A stretch of DNA of 64,000 bases from Takakia lepidozioides. Its lineage: Eukaryota; Plantae; Bryophyta. Below, in pieces: positions 50,401 to 62,880 of the stretch. Every line of letters starts with the position of its first letter. The stretch's first letter is position 1. The notes beneath the pieces are model-generated. The model searched no databases. It was not told the DNA's origin and saw nothing but the letters and a program-made list of their open reading frames with translations. Position numbers and translations under genes: made by a program. The stretch spans positions 75,392,001-75,456,000 of the forward strand of contig CM060731.1 of the NCBI GenBank assembly GCA_030704615.1, written 5' to 3'.

Positions 50401-50784
50401 ATTTGATTTTTTTTTTTTTTCAATACCAGGACGTCCTGGCTTTAAGAATATATACCCGCCCAACATTGCTATAAACCACGCGGTAGCTTGTCAAAATTGT
50501 TATTGGTCTAAAAGCTTTCACATGCGTAAGGAAACCATACGTCATGTTAACAATGGATAATGGACAGAGCACCTTGCGGTTTGCGGCTTGTTTGTTTTGC
50601 GCGTTGAGATGTCCCAAACCGCGGGCATAGCCCTAGTGCTTGGTAACATTAGAAAGCCCTCAATGGGGAGGGGTGCACCGGCTTGGTCTAATGATTTTTG
50701 GACTTACGGTGTGGAGATATCAAATTCCAAGTACTTTTGGTCGCCGAAAAATCGTGAAAATAGCAAAGTGGGCCTTCCTCGAAG

Positions 50785-51576
50785 AGGTTGGGTAGCACGT
50801 GAGCGGGTTCCGTGAGCATGAGCCTGCATACGTGAGTAGAAGAGGATATACCGGAAATTCCTAAAATATTCTTGAAAAAATGCGATAGCGAAACTAAAAT
50901 GTGCAATTTGTGCGCATGTGAGCACAAGCCACACGAAGATGGGTTAGTCACCTTATTTCCGTGGTTTGTGCTCGATTCCATTTTCATGTATGCACAAGCA
51001 CATAACAATTCGTTAGCGAAATAAAACAATCTTACGCCGTCTCTTATATGCAAAAACAAAAAAAAAACACATTTTGTTTCGCCCACGAAACTATAGGATA
51101 ATGACCTACGGAACGAATTCCATTCTTTCTCTGGCAAAACCTATTATTTCGTTGGCGAAACCCGATACCTTGATTTATTTCGTTAACAAAACCCGTTGTT
51201 TGCCTCATTATATTAAATTGTTCAACTATTGTTTGGTATTTGTGTGTTTTGGATGGTGTTGGTTATTGTGACTTTGTTATTCCATAATGTGTTCTTCTTT
51301 TGTAGGATCCCAAAGGTGTAGATATGGAGAACTTGGAGCTTGTAGATATACATTATGGGTGCCTATTTCGCATTAGGGTTTTGTGTTTAGGGACAGAAAT
51401 AGGCATAGAAACCCTATAAATGCACAGTGTCTCTATATCCGCCAATGGTTTTATTCCGTTTTAAAAACATATAACTCCTATGTCCGCGGTTTTAAAACTG
51501 AAAACCCCCATGACCGTGGGTTTGTGCTCATGTGAGCAGCTCTGCACACAGATGTGCTCGCGTTCTACCAACCCCC
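50785..51576 (-). mobile_element. Non-autonomous Mutator-like element, copy 2 (inverted relative to 3658-4479)
   Basis: Long stretches are the reverse complement of 3700-4000 and the termini are the same. The TSD is poorly preserved (TCCTCGAAG / TCTTGGAAC). Confidence 0.75.
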
Positions 51577-52192
51577 TCTTGGAACAATGTTGGCCTTTCA
51601 TTTGCCTTTTGTGCACGCGTACGTAAATGTAAATTGGGTTTTTCCTAAATATTGGTGTTCACAATATTGTTTGTAATGTTGATGAGATCTCCCAAACCAC
51701 GGGGCCTTTGGCGACGATTTTAGTACCCTTGGAAGCCCCGGATGAATAGGGGTGCACCGATGTTTCACAAAATTTGGCCGCACGGGCTGAGACTTATGGA
51801 CATATAAACAATTTTGATTGCTGAAAATTCAACTAAATTACAAAACCAAGTGTTGGAAGGACACTGGAGGTTGCACTTGGGCTCAGATAGAGGATTTTGG
51901 TACCGTTGGAAAGCCCTCGATGAGTAGGGGTGCACCGCGTAGTTTCTTCAGACAGCGGTTGCTGCCAAGAAGAAACTTTCCATCTACTTAAGACATGAGG
52001 TCGACTTTATCACCTCAGAACATAGGGGTAAACATAAGAACTAGCAGCCCAAGACATAGTTTGATCATTCTACGGGACTCATAAGAGGTAAAAAATACAG
52101 GTATAAACTTAATCATAAGATTCACTGAAGAGGAAGAAGGGATAACTATGGTACAGTGAGCCCATGACTGGAATGGCAACCGAAGCACAAGA

Positions 52193-55100
52193 TTATCTCA
52201 GGGTGCCATTGTGGTGACCATGGGAACCACTCTTAGGGCTCTGCAAAAGCTTGCAGAGCACAGAACTCATTTCTCCTAAAGATATGGGCTTCAAAACGAC
52301 ACCGTCCATGCCGATCTGTAAACAGCGTTCCCGAGTCCCTTTGTCAGTGTTTGCCGTCAGAGCAACCACCAGAGGCCGGTCCTCTGGCCGGAATTTCTGC
52401 CTGATTCGCATGGCAACCTCATATCCATCCATTTCTGGCATGCACAAATCAAGTAGAAGAACCTCAAAGCCGCTTCCAGGCTGAGACAGTGTTGCAAGAC
52501 ATTGGTGTCCAGATTCCACCACTGTGGTGTGGCAACCCAACCTGTCAAGTAACCTTCGGGTTACAATGCGGTTGACACTGTTGTCGTCTGTGACTAAGAC
52601 TTTCAGGCCTTTCAAATCTGCTTTGTTCTGGAGATCCTCTCGAGAAGGCTTTTCTCTCTCACTTGAGGCAGGAGACTGTATCTGCAGCCTCACAATGAAG
52701 GTCACCACAGAGCCTTTCCCTAAGCCCTCACTTTCAATCCAGATGTGCCCATTCATAAGCTGCACCAAACCACCCCCATAAATATGTCAGCCTGTACCGT
52801 AGGTGAGAACTGAGAGACAACTTGCCTAAATCGAGAATGTGTCTACTAGCGAGCATCCACAGCACCCCTTCATCTATTGCCTCTTCCACCTCCTGCTTCA
52901 TCTACAATGGGCATGTGACCCTAACTCAACACTGAACAAACAAGATATTTCTTCCACTCTCACCACCACCTTCTTGCACTCAGAAACCGTATTAGTGCGA
53001 GAGGATTGACCGTACTGGATGAAGCTGACCTGGAGGACATTGTGTCCAAAGCCATCTCTGATGCCCAAAGACTGTCCGATGAAAAAGGCATAAGACTTCC
53101 CTGAACTCATTCCCAGTCTGTGACATGGGCGAGGACCTTAAGGATGATCTCAAGGGCCTACCTACCCTCGGCACTAGACTTACGTTTAATCTCAGGGCGG
53201 GAAGCCTACCTTTGAACAATAAACAGATGCAGAGAGAAAGAGGAGATTGTAATTGCCCGTTATGCGGGCAGCCTCAAGACAATATCCATTTTCTGATACA
53301 TTGTCCAGGATACTCTCCCTCTTCAGGACGATCAAGAACATCGTCCCTGCACCTCTGTTCACCAACTTCCCAAATCTTGAGGCTGAGGTTTAAGCCCTGG
53401 GCCTGTTGGGGTCTAATTGCTGGGCAGTTCACACACAGCAAGTTAACGCTTGTGTGAAGGGCTTTCTAGAGGATATCTGGAAAACCCGAACTAGTTGTCT
53501 CAATCAAGGTAAATCACACTACCGGAGTGAGCCCCTCACAAAGGTAATATCTGTTCCCTTTTTTTTCGCCCAAACTGGGCGGAGGGTCTACGGCCACAAG
53601 GCTAAGGCAAATGTCGTCTAATGAGTACATTCTATTAATGCCGCCTTCATCATACCAGTATTCCCCCTCCCCCAAAAAGTGCATTACAACTATAAAAGAG
53701 TGCATTAGCACACACCTGCACAAATTTTTTGCAGATAGCCAACCCTAGTCCACTGCCCCCATAGCGACGTGTTGTAGTGCTGTCAGCTTGGACAAACTTG
53801 TGAAATAGCCGCGGTATGTCATTTTCCCGCACTCCCAAGCCTGTGTCCTTCACCATAATACGTATGTATACAAAGCCATCACAAGGTATGGGACGCCAAC
53901 TGGGGTTCCTGGGGTCACGTCTTGATCCATCAGGCTTCTCCACTGTCACTGACACTTGAACATAACCTACTTTGGTGAACTTCACTGCATTGCCTATGAC
54001 ATTCAATGTGGTTTGAAGAAGCCGTTTTTCATCGCCTATGACATGCAAAGGCACATCTGCTGCGACATCAAAGAAAAACTCCAGGCCCTTCCCTTTGGCC
54101 ATAGGTTTAGCAAGGTTTCCTGCCTCTCTGAGCACTGTTTGAAGTTCAAATGGCCGCAGATCCAAATGAAGGCTGCCATCTTCAAGACGGGAAAAGTCAA
54201 GAACATCATTTATGAGGGTGGAGAGCAGGCTGCTGCTTTTGACCACAGTGTCAACCATACCCCGTTGCTCCAAAGCGAGGTTCCCTTCCTGTAGAAGAGA
54301 AGAAAGAGCAATAATTGCATGCATGGGGGTTCGCATTTCATGGTTCATGACTGCCAAAAAATCGTTACGGGCCCGGATTGCTGTCTCTGCCTCCTGCCGG
54401 GCCTGTTGTAATGCTTTGTTCTGTTCCACCAGTTTATCTCTTGTCCGCTGCGAGTCCTCAAGCACTGCTGCATGGGAGAGAGCCACTGCCACCTGCCTCC
54501 CACCCCGATCTCTTATAGCTTGGACTAGACATGCAACTTTCTTTAGCATACAGTTCACATAACAGTCCCAGAAGGGCTGGACCTGAACTTCCCAGATGAA
54601 TAGGGTAACATGCAGGCCCAGTGTCCTCAGGCAGTTATCCAGAAGATAAGTGGCCTGAAACCTAGCCCTTACAGCTGCAGATGATTTCGGAAGACTGCAC
54701 AATTGAGGACTTGGCTAGATCTCCCACCCTCCGAGCTAATACCTCCTAGATCAACTTCCTTTTGCCAGTAAGGGAAGACATACATCACAAAGGACAAATG
54801 CTGCTGATTCCCATAGATTTATGTTGTTCCAGCAAATATGATTACCTGGTCAGCGACGACTACCACCATCTCAATCTCATGCGGTCTCCATTGTCTCCCA
54901 CTTTCACTGGGTAAGACCAAGACCAAAATAGCATAGGATGCGCTCACCACTTCAGGAGTTCCTCCCTTGAAATTGGAAACATGCAGCAAAGGCAGACGTA
55001 CTGCAGCCATGGCCCCTGCAAGCAACCTATGGTTGCTTGCCTTACCCAAGGCACAGATTGGAGGAATAACGACAGGCTCACTAGTTCGGACTATGGTCTG

Positions 55101-56808
55101 CACTGTCGGGTCGGTTGCAGGTACTGTAACGGGCACCTGCAAAGCAAATATTCCACACAAATTCCAGCTTTGCTTCCAAAATTGCGAGCAACCTCACTAA
55201 GATGTATGGTATATCAGTAGCCAAGAAATATTCTCAGTAAAGTAAAAGTCCACAAAGCTCCAAGGAACAAGGAAGTTGATAAGCATATAAAGATGGACTC
55301 CTGCACCCAGAACATGACATTGACATGGCTAATTGAGAGTGCTTTGGCCAGCTCCACAACACTGGTGTCTACAACATTTCCTACCAAAAACCTAAGAACT
55401 TCCTTGGTTTGCAGCATGCCTCAGAACTGTGTGTTTTGACAACAGACATAAACAGTGGAGTACACTCTCTCCCTACACTTGTGCATAAGGCTAGAGATCA
55501 GCCTTCAGTTTGGGAACGGCAATTCTTCAGTGGAACAACACATCCAAAATGAGGAGTCTTCACACTACTGACATCATCGGATGTACCACTCTGACTCCAC
55601 ACATATGACTGGGCCCTGTAATATCAGAGTTTGCAGAGAAGAAAATAAGGTATAGGGGAAATTGTTTCTAATCCACTATTGCTCTTGTTTGCAGCCTAAA
55701 ATGCAACTCCAAGACATGCATGGTTCACCACGTAGAATAACCAAAATAAACCTGCAACTATACACTTGCAGAAGTGCAGGAGGGTTGGAAAAAGAGACCT
55801 GGACAAGGCGCCTCTCTAGCTCATGTGTGAGCTCCAGAGCGTTACCCGCAGAATTAGGCATCCAAATGGTACAATTCTCTAGGTTCAGAGTCTTGGCAAG
55901 TTCCACCAGTGTAGTATTAAGAATTGTATGACGGTCCAGTGTGCTCCGAATCTCGTGAGTGAGCATCCGTACATGCCGCCCTGCCTCTTCTTGAGTTTTT
56001 ATGATCCCCATCTCTCTATCCAGCTCAGCTGCCTTATGCTTCAAGAACAGCTCCCTCACCTTAATGCAATCAACAGAGAAAATTGAAAACATATGAATTA
56101 TCGAGCTCAATGCTGAAAGGAAGACATGATTGTCTCAGAAAGCTCCATAAATTCACAATGCATGAAAGCTACAAGCTTCAACACAACTACCAAGGAGAAG
56201 CTAGTCCCAGCAGCCATAATACTCAGCCTGTTCATCAGCATACATAATTTCGAAAACCAAGTGAAGATATTTTCTGAATGGGAATAACAAGGTATGAGCT
56301 TTCCAGAGCCACAAAAGCGACTTTGGCTATAGAACATGCTGACCTTGACATGGAGAAGCTCGGGGATAATGTGAACCAGAGTGATGGCAGTAGCACAGGA
56401 GACAAGTGCTGTCGCAATCTTGAGAACGGTTTGTATCAACATGATAAGAAACGAGTGGGGACCGTAGGTCCATATTTGTATGAAATGTGTGAGACCACAT
56501 AACACTATGAATGCTCCAAACTGAATGACGATCCACCGGAATGGAAAGACATGTGAGCAGCTGACAAAGTAGACAAGTTCAAGGGGAATGGAGAAATAAG
56601 CTAGTGCTATTAGGAAATCACTTGCCAACTGGCAACGTGTCACTATTTCGTCGAACGCCCACCCGTCATCGCAATTACATGAAGGGACTCGGTCAGGAGC
56701 TGTCGTTACTGTCCCTGCCACTGCAGCTGTCACCACTGCAAGCATGCAGACTGCCACCAACCCCGTCCTCCATAGCTTGGCCATCAGAGCCACTCCTTCT
56801 ACTACCAT
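52193..56808 (-). CDS. ETR: Ethylene receptor (ETR family); exons 56808-56344, 56059-55799, 55136-54846, 54492-53716, 52759-52193
   Basis: [24 protein letters not shown] (Cu ligands), a GAF domain, [34 protein letters not shown] and the receiver [12 protein letters not shown]. All four introns are GT-AG and the exons join in frame. Confidence 0.96.
52800..53653 (+). mobile_element. 5'-truncated LINE fragment in the last ETR intron (antisense to the gene)
   Basis: [10 protein letters not shown]...[20 protein letters not shown] is the C-terminal CCHC finger of a non-LTR ORF2, followed by FLEDIWKTR and a short 3' tail ending (CAT)2. The 5' boundary is approximate. Confidence 0.72.
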
Positions 56809-59800
56809 GAACTTGAGAAGAACTCTGACTTGGTGGCCATCCGGCCGTGTATGTATCAAATTTCAGGTAATCCTCTATAACTCATAAAACCCCCTGCACA
56901 AAACAGGTCATTCTCGAATCAGGTGACACTTAGCCAGGGAAACACAAAAGCCTTCTGCCTTCTATAATTAGAACAGCCAGGCATGGGGCAAGTGAAGTGC
57001 AACAGCCAGCATCAACCAAATACTCTACTTTTCTGCGCAACACACATACTCTACCGATAATTACATACACCATATGACGAAGTAGCCTGAGCTAAAGAAG
57101 CTTCCCTGCTGAGCAAACCAGGGCAGGGCACAAACCTGTCAGAAGAAGCTCCTGCTCCCAGGAGCACCGGGCCGTGCTCGATGCAGCCACTCCGATTTCG
57201 GACAAGACTTTTCCCACACAAATCAGCCAACGTCATCCACGCTGTAGTGCGGCACGACTGTCCTTTCCCTTCCTCTACCAACATATCCTTGCCTCATGTC
57301 CAGCTTCTTTCTCCTGCCTGTTTGAGCACTGACCAGCAAACCGGCACACCAGAGGCTCACCGAGTCCTCAAACGACCAAGATCACTCTGACATCGATCAG
57401 CTCCAGTCCGCTGCTCCCAACCCCTGGATTTCGCTTCAAGATCCTCCAACTACAGCCCTCCCAGCTGAGGCAGTCGAAGCCACTCCCCCACACACAACTC
57501 CAAAGACTGGCGACGCAGTTAGTACCTACAGATTACCCTTTCTCCTCTACCATTTCTACCGATCCCTCGCAAACTCAAACCAAGATCCTGATGCAACAAA
57601 CTGCAAAACACTCTCACAACATGATGAGAACAATCCAAGGAAAGTATGATTGCGGAATCGAAGAGCTAGGGCACGGCCAGCAAGGGCCTGATGAGACGGA
57701 AGAGTGCTCGGGGCACGCCATGTCACACACGCTGATTCGGTCCCCCCGAGCTTTATCGTTCATCTGCGGACACCGCGTTCATCCGTACAAATCATTCATC
57801 CCCGAAGCCCAACACATTCATCCGTTCACACATGCAAGCTCAGCTTGAAGCGTTCTTCCTTTTGGTGAGATGGAGTTTCTTTGCAGGAGTGATGGAGGCT
57901 CTGGTCCGAACGCTCCAGTGTGAGAGTTGGGTTGAGTGCTCCTTTGCAGTCGAAGTATCATGATCTGTTATTCGTTTGTTAGAACTTCTGGATTGACAGT
58001 AATGAGCAGAGGATTCCTTTTGGGTTGCATGTGATGAAATGCTATTCAGGTTGAGAGTACTACCGTTGTGTATGGTGTATTTTTTTTACCTCTTGCCTTG
58101 TCTGCTGGAGTATCCCTTCAGCTCACCACGAGGGGAGGCGATTTCAGGTGTTTTATTCTCTTTGTGTAGAGTGAATGAGCGACGCCAGGATTTCGTCGTT
58201 GCTCATTCATGACTTGACGGTCAGACTCGAGTCATCTACAACAGAGACTATTCGGGTGGTTAGTGGGTGTGCTACAATGCCCATGTATGAAGTTGGTCAG
58301 TGGCTCAGCTTTAGTCAATTTTGGTTGTCAGAGTGTCCTGAGTGACCTCTCATGTCGTCTCTCACATTTAGGTCTGGACACATGTTTTAAAGACATTATT
58401 TGATCTTGTACCTTACTTTTCAAGCAGCCTCAGATGGTATGATCTTTTTCCTCCTACTGGACCTGCAGCATAACTAGCCAATCTTACCTACATTCACTGT
58501 ACCTTGTCTCACTGTTCGGCTTTACAAGAAGGCTATATTACTGGAATCAACATATTACGTTTTCAGAAATTTGTCAATGTGTGCCTTCTTTCAACATTCA
58601 ATGAACCTTGATGCAAATCGTTGGTGCACACAGTGACAATGTTGGGTGCTACCCTGGCAGTGGTAAGTTCTGAGGTTGTTTATCTACCCACGGTTCTTTG
58701 CATGCATGAACTTCTCCTTTTTCCATTGGGTGGAGCACACTGCTTTTGGATTGGAAAAAAGCTTGGCAGATTGGGGGCAACATTGATAATTTGAGGTTAC
58801 GTAGACAATATTGTTTGTGTGTGAGAGAAAAGGTATTGGCAGAGTTTGCTTGCTGTGTCCCTGCGTCCAGTAGGCCCTTCATACTGCCTTCATGCCGACT
58901 CTGGCCAGCTAGAGAGGGAGAGAGAGGTAAGGGATGTAGCCATTGATTATCCCTGCAAACAGTAGATTTGACATACTCGTAAGGCCATAGTTCCTGTGGG
59001 ATACTAACCAGGCTACCCAAGCTGCCTGCAGGGTTCAGGATTGGAGTTATTAATGCATCTCTGATTCTGGTGAGTGAATGTATCCGATTTTATAAGTGCC
59101 ATGACCACATTGATAGGAGGTGGCTCACCAACCACAATTTTTCTCTTGGAAACACTATTGGGATAACTGACCGAAGCATATTTTGCTCCGTCCTCTCCCT
59201 CCGTCCTCTCCCTGGAGAGACTCCGCCACCACCCCCCTGCACCCACCGGCTCTGCCTGCTGCACCTCCAGTCCAAGTCAAGACTGAGGGTTCAACCCAAG
59301 CAGGAGCTGGAGAGTGAAGGAAAATATCGCATGCAAATAAACGAGCTGCACCATAGATCTTCTAGTTCCAACCTGTGTCAGAAGATATAAACAATTGAGT
59401 TGGCTGCAGACTATAGGAACCTGAAGTTTGGTCACGTTTAGATTTGGCCTCAAAGACCAACAGCTTACACAGGTATGAATGTTTCGGAAGAGTGCTTGCG
59501 TGTTGCAAACCTTCTTTTGCTTGCACATGACTGTTTTTGTTAGTTTGGATGAAGGGAAGTTGCCTAAAGGAATCTATAGAGAAACTTGAAATTTGGAACT
59601 TGTTTTGAAATTTGAAAGGTTCAGCGGAACTGTCCAACTTACTCTTGTATTTTGACACAGACAAGCTGGAACTAGGATGATAGCTGGCAAAAAGGAGAAT
59701 ACTATCAGCTCTGCATGATTAGTTCCAATACTCCAGACAGTCCCAGGTCCTCCTCCTTATCTGGTAGACAAGCCAGGCTCTGATTGTTGTTTCATTACTA

Positions 59801-59885
59801 GGTACTCTTGTTGGAGGTGTTGAGGCAGTTGTTGGAGGTCCTATGGTAACAGAGGAGGGTTGTTTCAACCAGTGTAGATTTCAAC

Positions 59886-60498
59886 CAGTGTTGGACTGGT
59901 TTCAAGTATATTACATAACAGTCTGGTCCTGGTATATATGTCTTAAGCAATGAGATACCAGACTAGAACTGGTACCAGGCATATTAGTTTGAGATTGATC
60001 CACCAGTCTGGTCTAAGTAATTGTTGCATTACAGTTTCATGATGCATTGATATCAATATAAGTATGCTTAACTTGATACCAGCAAGTATATATAATGAAC
60101 ACTGGTATTGATGAGAAGCCACAAAATGAAGGCAGCCATGTTCAAAAAAGACAATCTGTATATAAGTAGAAGGCAGCCATTCAAACTAATGTTTCCAATA
60201 AAAGTAACCTCCTGTGATCTACCTCAAGCCCAAAACAATGCCTTGAAACTACATATAGCAACACCTTATAGACAACAGATTTATACCTGGCAAGAGAGGA
60301 GGTTGGCTTGCAGGAAACCGGTATGAATACTGTAATACCAGACCGGTGTGGTATCTACGCACATCTTTATGTGGGTACCCTGGTATGGGCATGGGTGTTG
60401 CCCAACCATAGACCAGGCTGGTCTGTTATCAAATACCAGTATTGATTCTAGTATATACTCATATACCAGGCCTCAGACCATATACCAGCCCAACACTG
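59886..60498. mobile_element. hAT-type MITE 3 (613 bp, uninterrupted)
   Basis: TIRs CAGTGTTGGACTGG / CCAGCCCAACACTG, TSD ATTTCAAC / CTTTCAAC, and GGTAT/ATACC subterminal motifs. Confidence 0.85.
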
Positions 60499-61630
60499 CT
60501 TTCAACCAAGCCAAGCCGTCTTTAATTTGGACCGTATACTTGTTGCAAATCCAACGCACCAGAGGGTGGCATCTACATGCAGGCCTGTATTATGAACAAG
60601 TCCAAGATCCCGCAGATTACTCTTCACAATATCGAATTATGCTCATCCTCTCCAAGAGTTGCTAAACTGGGCAGGCCATCCCCCCGTTTCTTTCGACCTC
60701 ACGATCCTATGTCGAATGCCAAAAATAAAGACAAGCTCTAACCAGCCCAAAAATCCAGAGCGATCATGTCTTCCCCGATCTCTTCCCCCACCAACCTTCA
60801 ACAGATCAATCACAGTTTCCCACCAATGGATACAAAGATCGCAGTGCCTTTTCACGCTATCGTCGCACTTCGAAGCTGCTGATCAGCATCACGTCAAGCC
60901 ACCGCGAAGAGGCGCAGCGAGAGTAGGCCGCCGCCCCGCACCGAGCGTGCGCTGTGAAGTTGCCTCTCGGCGCCCATGCCCCCAGTACCCCACCCTCGCC
61001 TGTCGCATCACCCCCCTATCCTCTTCCACGTGCTGCCCTCACTCACTCTTTACTGCTACCGCGGTTGGGTGGTGGGGGACACAGACCGATTCGGTACATC
61101 TCGACGGTGACAGACTCGATTGGAATACTTTGCATTGCAGATTTTGGTCAGGCCCCGTTACCCAAGATTGCTATATCTCGGCCTTCTTGGCATCTCAACT
61201 TCAAAATTAATATAATGTTGTGGCTCCCAAATGTAACCCCAATGGGGACCAAACCACGGGCCAAAACCTTAAAAAATATACAAACTATTTCTTTACGCAA
61301 ATGGCAGAGGAGTTGCTGCCGGGACTCTTATCGACCCAAGCTGTCCGATGATAATTATCTCCAGAAAGTGGCTTCCGGAAAATTTTAAATTGGGGCAGGT
61401 CTTGGGTCGATTATTCATCACACTAGCCATGTACACATGCAATGTTAGGGTTTTTTGTTATCTATCATGATCAATGTCGGAGCTGCAGAAATTCCAAAAA
61501 GCCTGCCGGACCCTTTCTTCAAGCAAAATTAATTAGTTCGGCAGGTCCTGACGAATAGCATAGGCAAGTAGGGTATGCCCTAGCTACCTATTGGATGTTC
61601 CATGTGGTCTTGGCCTAGGTGATTGCCATA

Positions 61631-61826
61631 CCGTAGTACCTTGGCAATTTCGACAATTATAATATCTCAAAGATTGTTGAAAATTTTGGAAATTAATTTT
61701 GTGAAATTAAATAACTTTGTGAATGATAATAAAGCATCTTTAAGAATATCCCATATGTTGAAATGAGATTCTTAAAATAAAGTAAATATTCGACAGGTGA
61801 TTGTTGAACTTGCCAAGGTACTATGG
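61631..61826. mobile_element. Tc1/mariner-pogo-type MITE
   Basis: ~27-bp TIRs CCGTAGTACCTTGGCAATTTCGACAAT / ATTGTTGAACTTGCCAAGGTACTATGG, flanked by TA on both sides. Confidence 0.82.
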
Positions 61827-62149
61827 TAGAGGATTGAACTGCTTGTGCGCATAAGGTAAAGGGTCATCCGATGTGTAACATTTGGGAGCGGCATGAATGG
61901 TTGAGCATCTTTCATGGACTTGTGTGGTTCTTCTTACAACAATTTGGTTTGCTATTGTTAACATCTAACTGGTCTGGTTTAAACCCACGTGACATCAAGC
62001 ACTGTGGCGATGGGGCCCCTATGGTGGCCCCATCAAGAGCAGACCATGCAAAATAATGTCCAAGTGGCTGGTTTCTGACCATGCAAATGGCTGGTTTTTA
62101 TTGTTTTATTTGGTTTATTTTTTGAATGTTTTGAATTTTGAATTTTGAA

Positions 62150-62368
62150 TTTATTATTTATTATTAATTTTAATAAGGGGAAACACCTGGGAGCGACAGC
62201 TCACAAATCAGGCCCCTTTGTAGTGAGAGGAGAAAATAACCTCTTTCATTTATGCGCCATGGAGGCGAATGAGTGGGACACCGCCCAGGAACCATACCAC
62301 ACCTGTCAGTACCAAGATTTGACCCCAGAATCATCTGGGTGGCACTTAACCAACTGAGCTACTGACTG
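62150..62368 (-). mobile_element. tRNA-derived SINE (diverged)
   Basis: The minus strand has GTAGCTCAGTTGGTTAAG, the shared body CATAAATGAAAGAGGTTA...TGTCGCTCCCA and an A-rich tail. Confidence 0.75.
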
Positions 62369-62694
62369 TTGGTTTGAATTGGAATAGTGGCAAGTGGTGG
62401 CCCGTATGTTTCACATTTTCTGATATCCCTCGGTCTGCGTACATCCGAACATGGACCGCGTATTACGCCTGCTATCAATTTGTTTGTGCACCTTTAGGTT
62501 ACATTTTTGAGAACCGTACGGGCGGCTCTTTGATACCCTACACAGACTATGAGAACTGGAAATAAAAGTTCGGCTTTCTGGAACCTCCTTTCCTTGAGTA
62601 GGGCACCATGATTTGAACCCCTGCCCTCACAAAGGTTTTAATTTGATAATTATATAATCTAATTTATTTAACCAAATTGAGAGTAGGGAATAAT

Positions 62695-62880
62695 TTTTTG
62701 CTCACAATTCAGGTCTTTGAGGAAGGGGAAAAATTAACCCCATGGGCACACAAGAGGGGAACGTCACCCCCAGACCAACAAGTCACAAAACAAACCATAC
62801 TGGCAGGACAGAGTAGCAGGATTTGAACTCCGAACCACCAGGGTGACACAGTACACTTATCCAACTGAGCCACAAGCCGC
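62695..62880 (-). mobile_element. tRNA-derived SINE (diverged)
   Basis: The minus strand reads GTGGCTCAGTTGGATAAG..CTGTGTCACCCTGGTGGTTCGGAGTTCAAATCC...GGGGTTAATTTTTCCCCTTCCTCAA, colinear with 29772-30006. Confidence 0.78.

Larger units (their letters stand above)
13239..50468. mobile_element. hAT-type MITE 2 (~564 bp net), split by the giant Sola-like insertion
   Basis: TIRs CAGTGTTGGAC / GCCCAACATTG. 8-bp TSD TTATAAAC (13231-13238) / CTATAAAC (50469-50476). GGTAT/AATACC motifs occur in both halves. Confidence 0.7.

Noticed and set aside
3658-51576. Inverted ~820-bp repeats as the TIRs of one 48-kb element
   Set aside because: Copy 1 has its own 9-bp TSD and both of its own termini, the copies are considerably diverged, and the outer flanks share no TSD.
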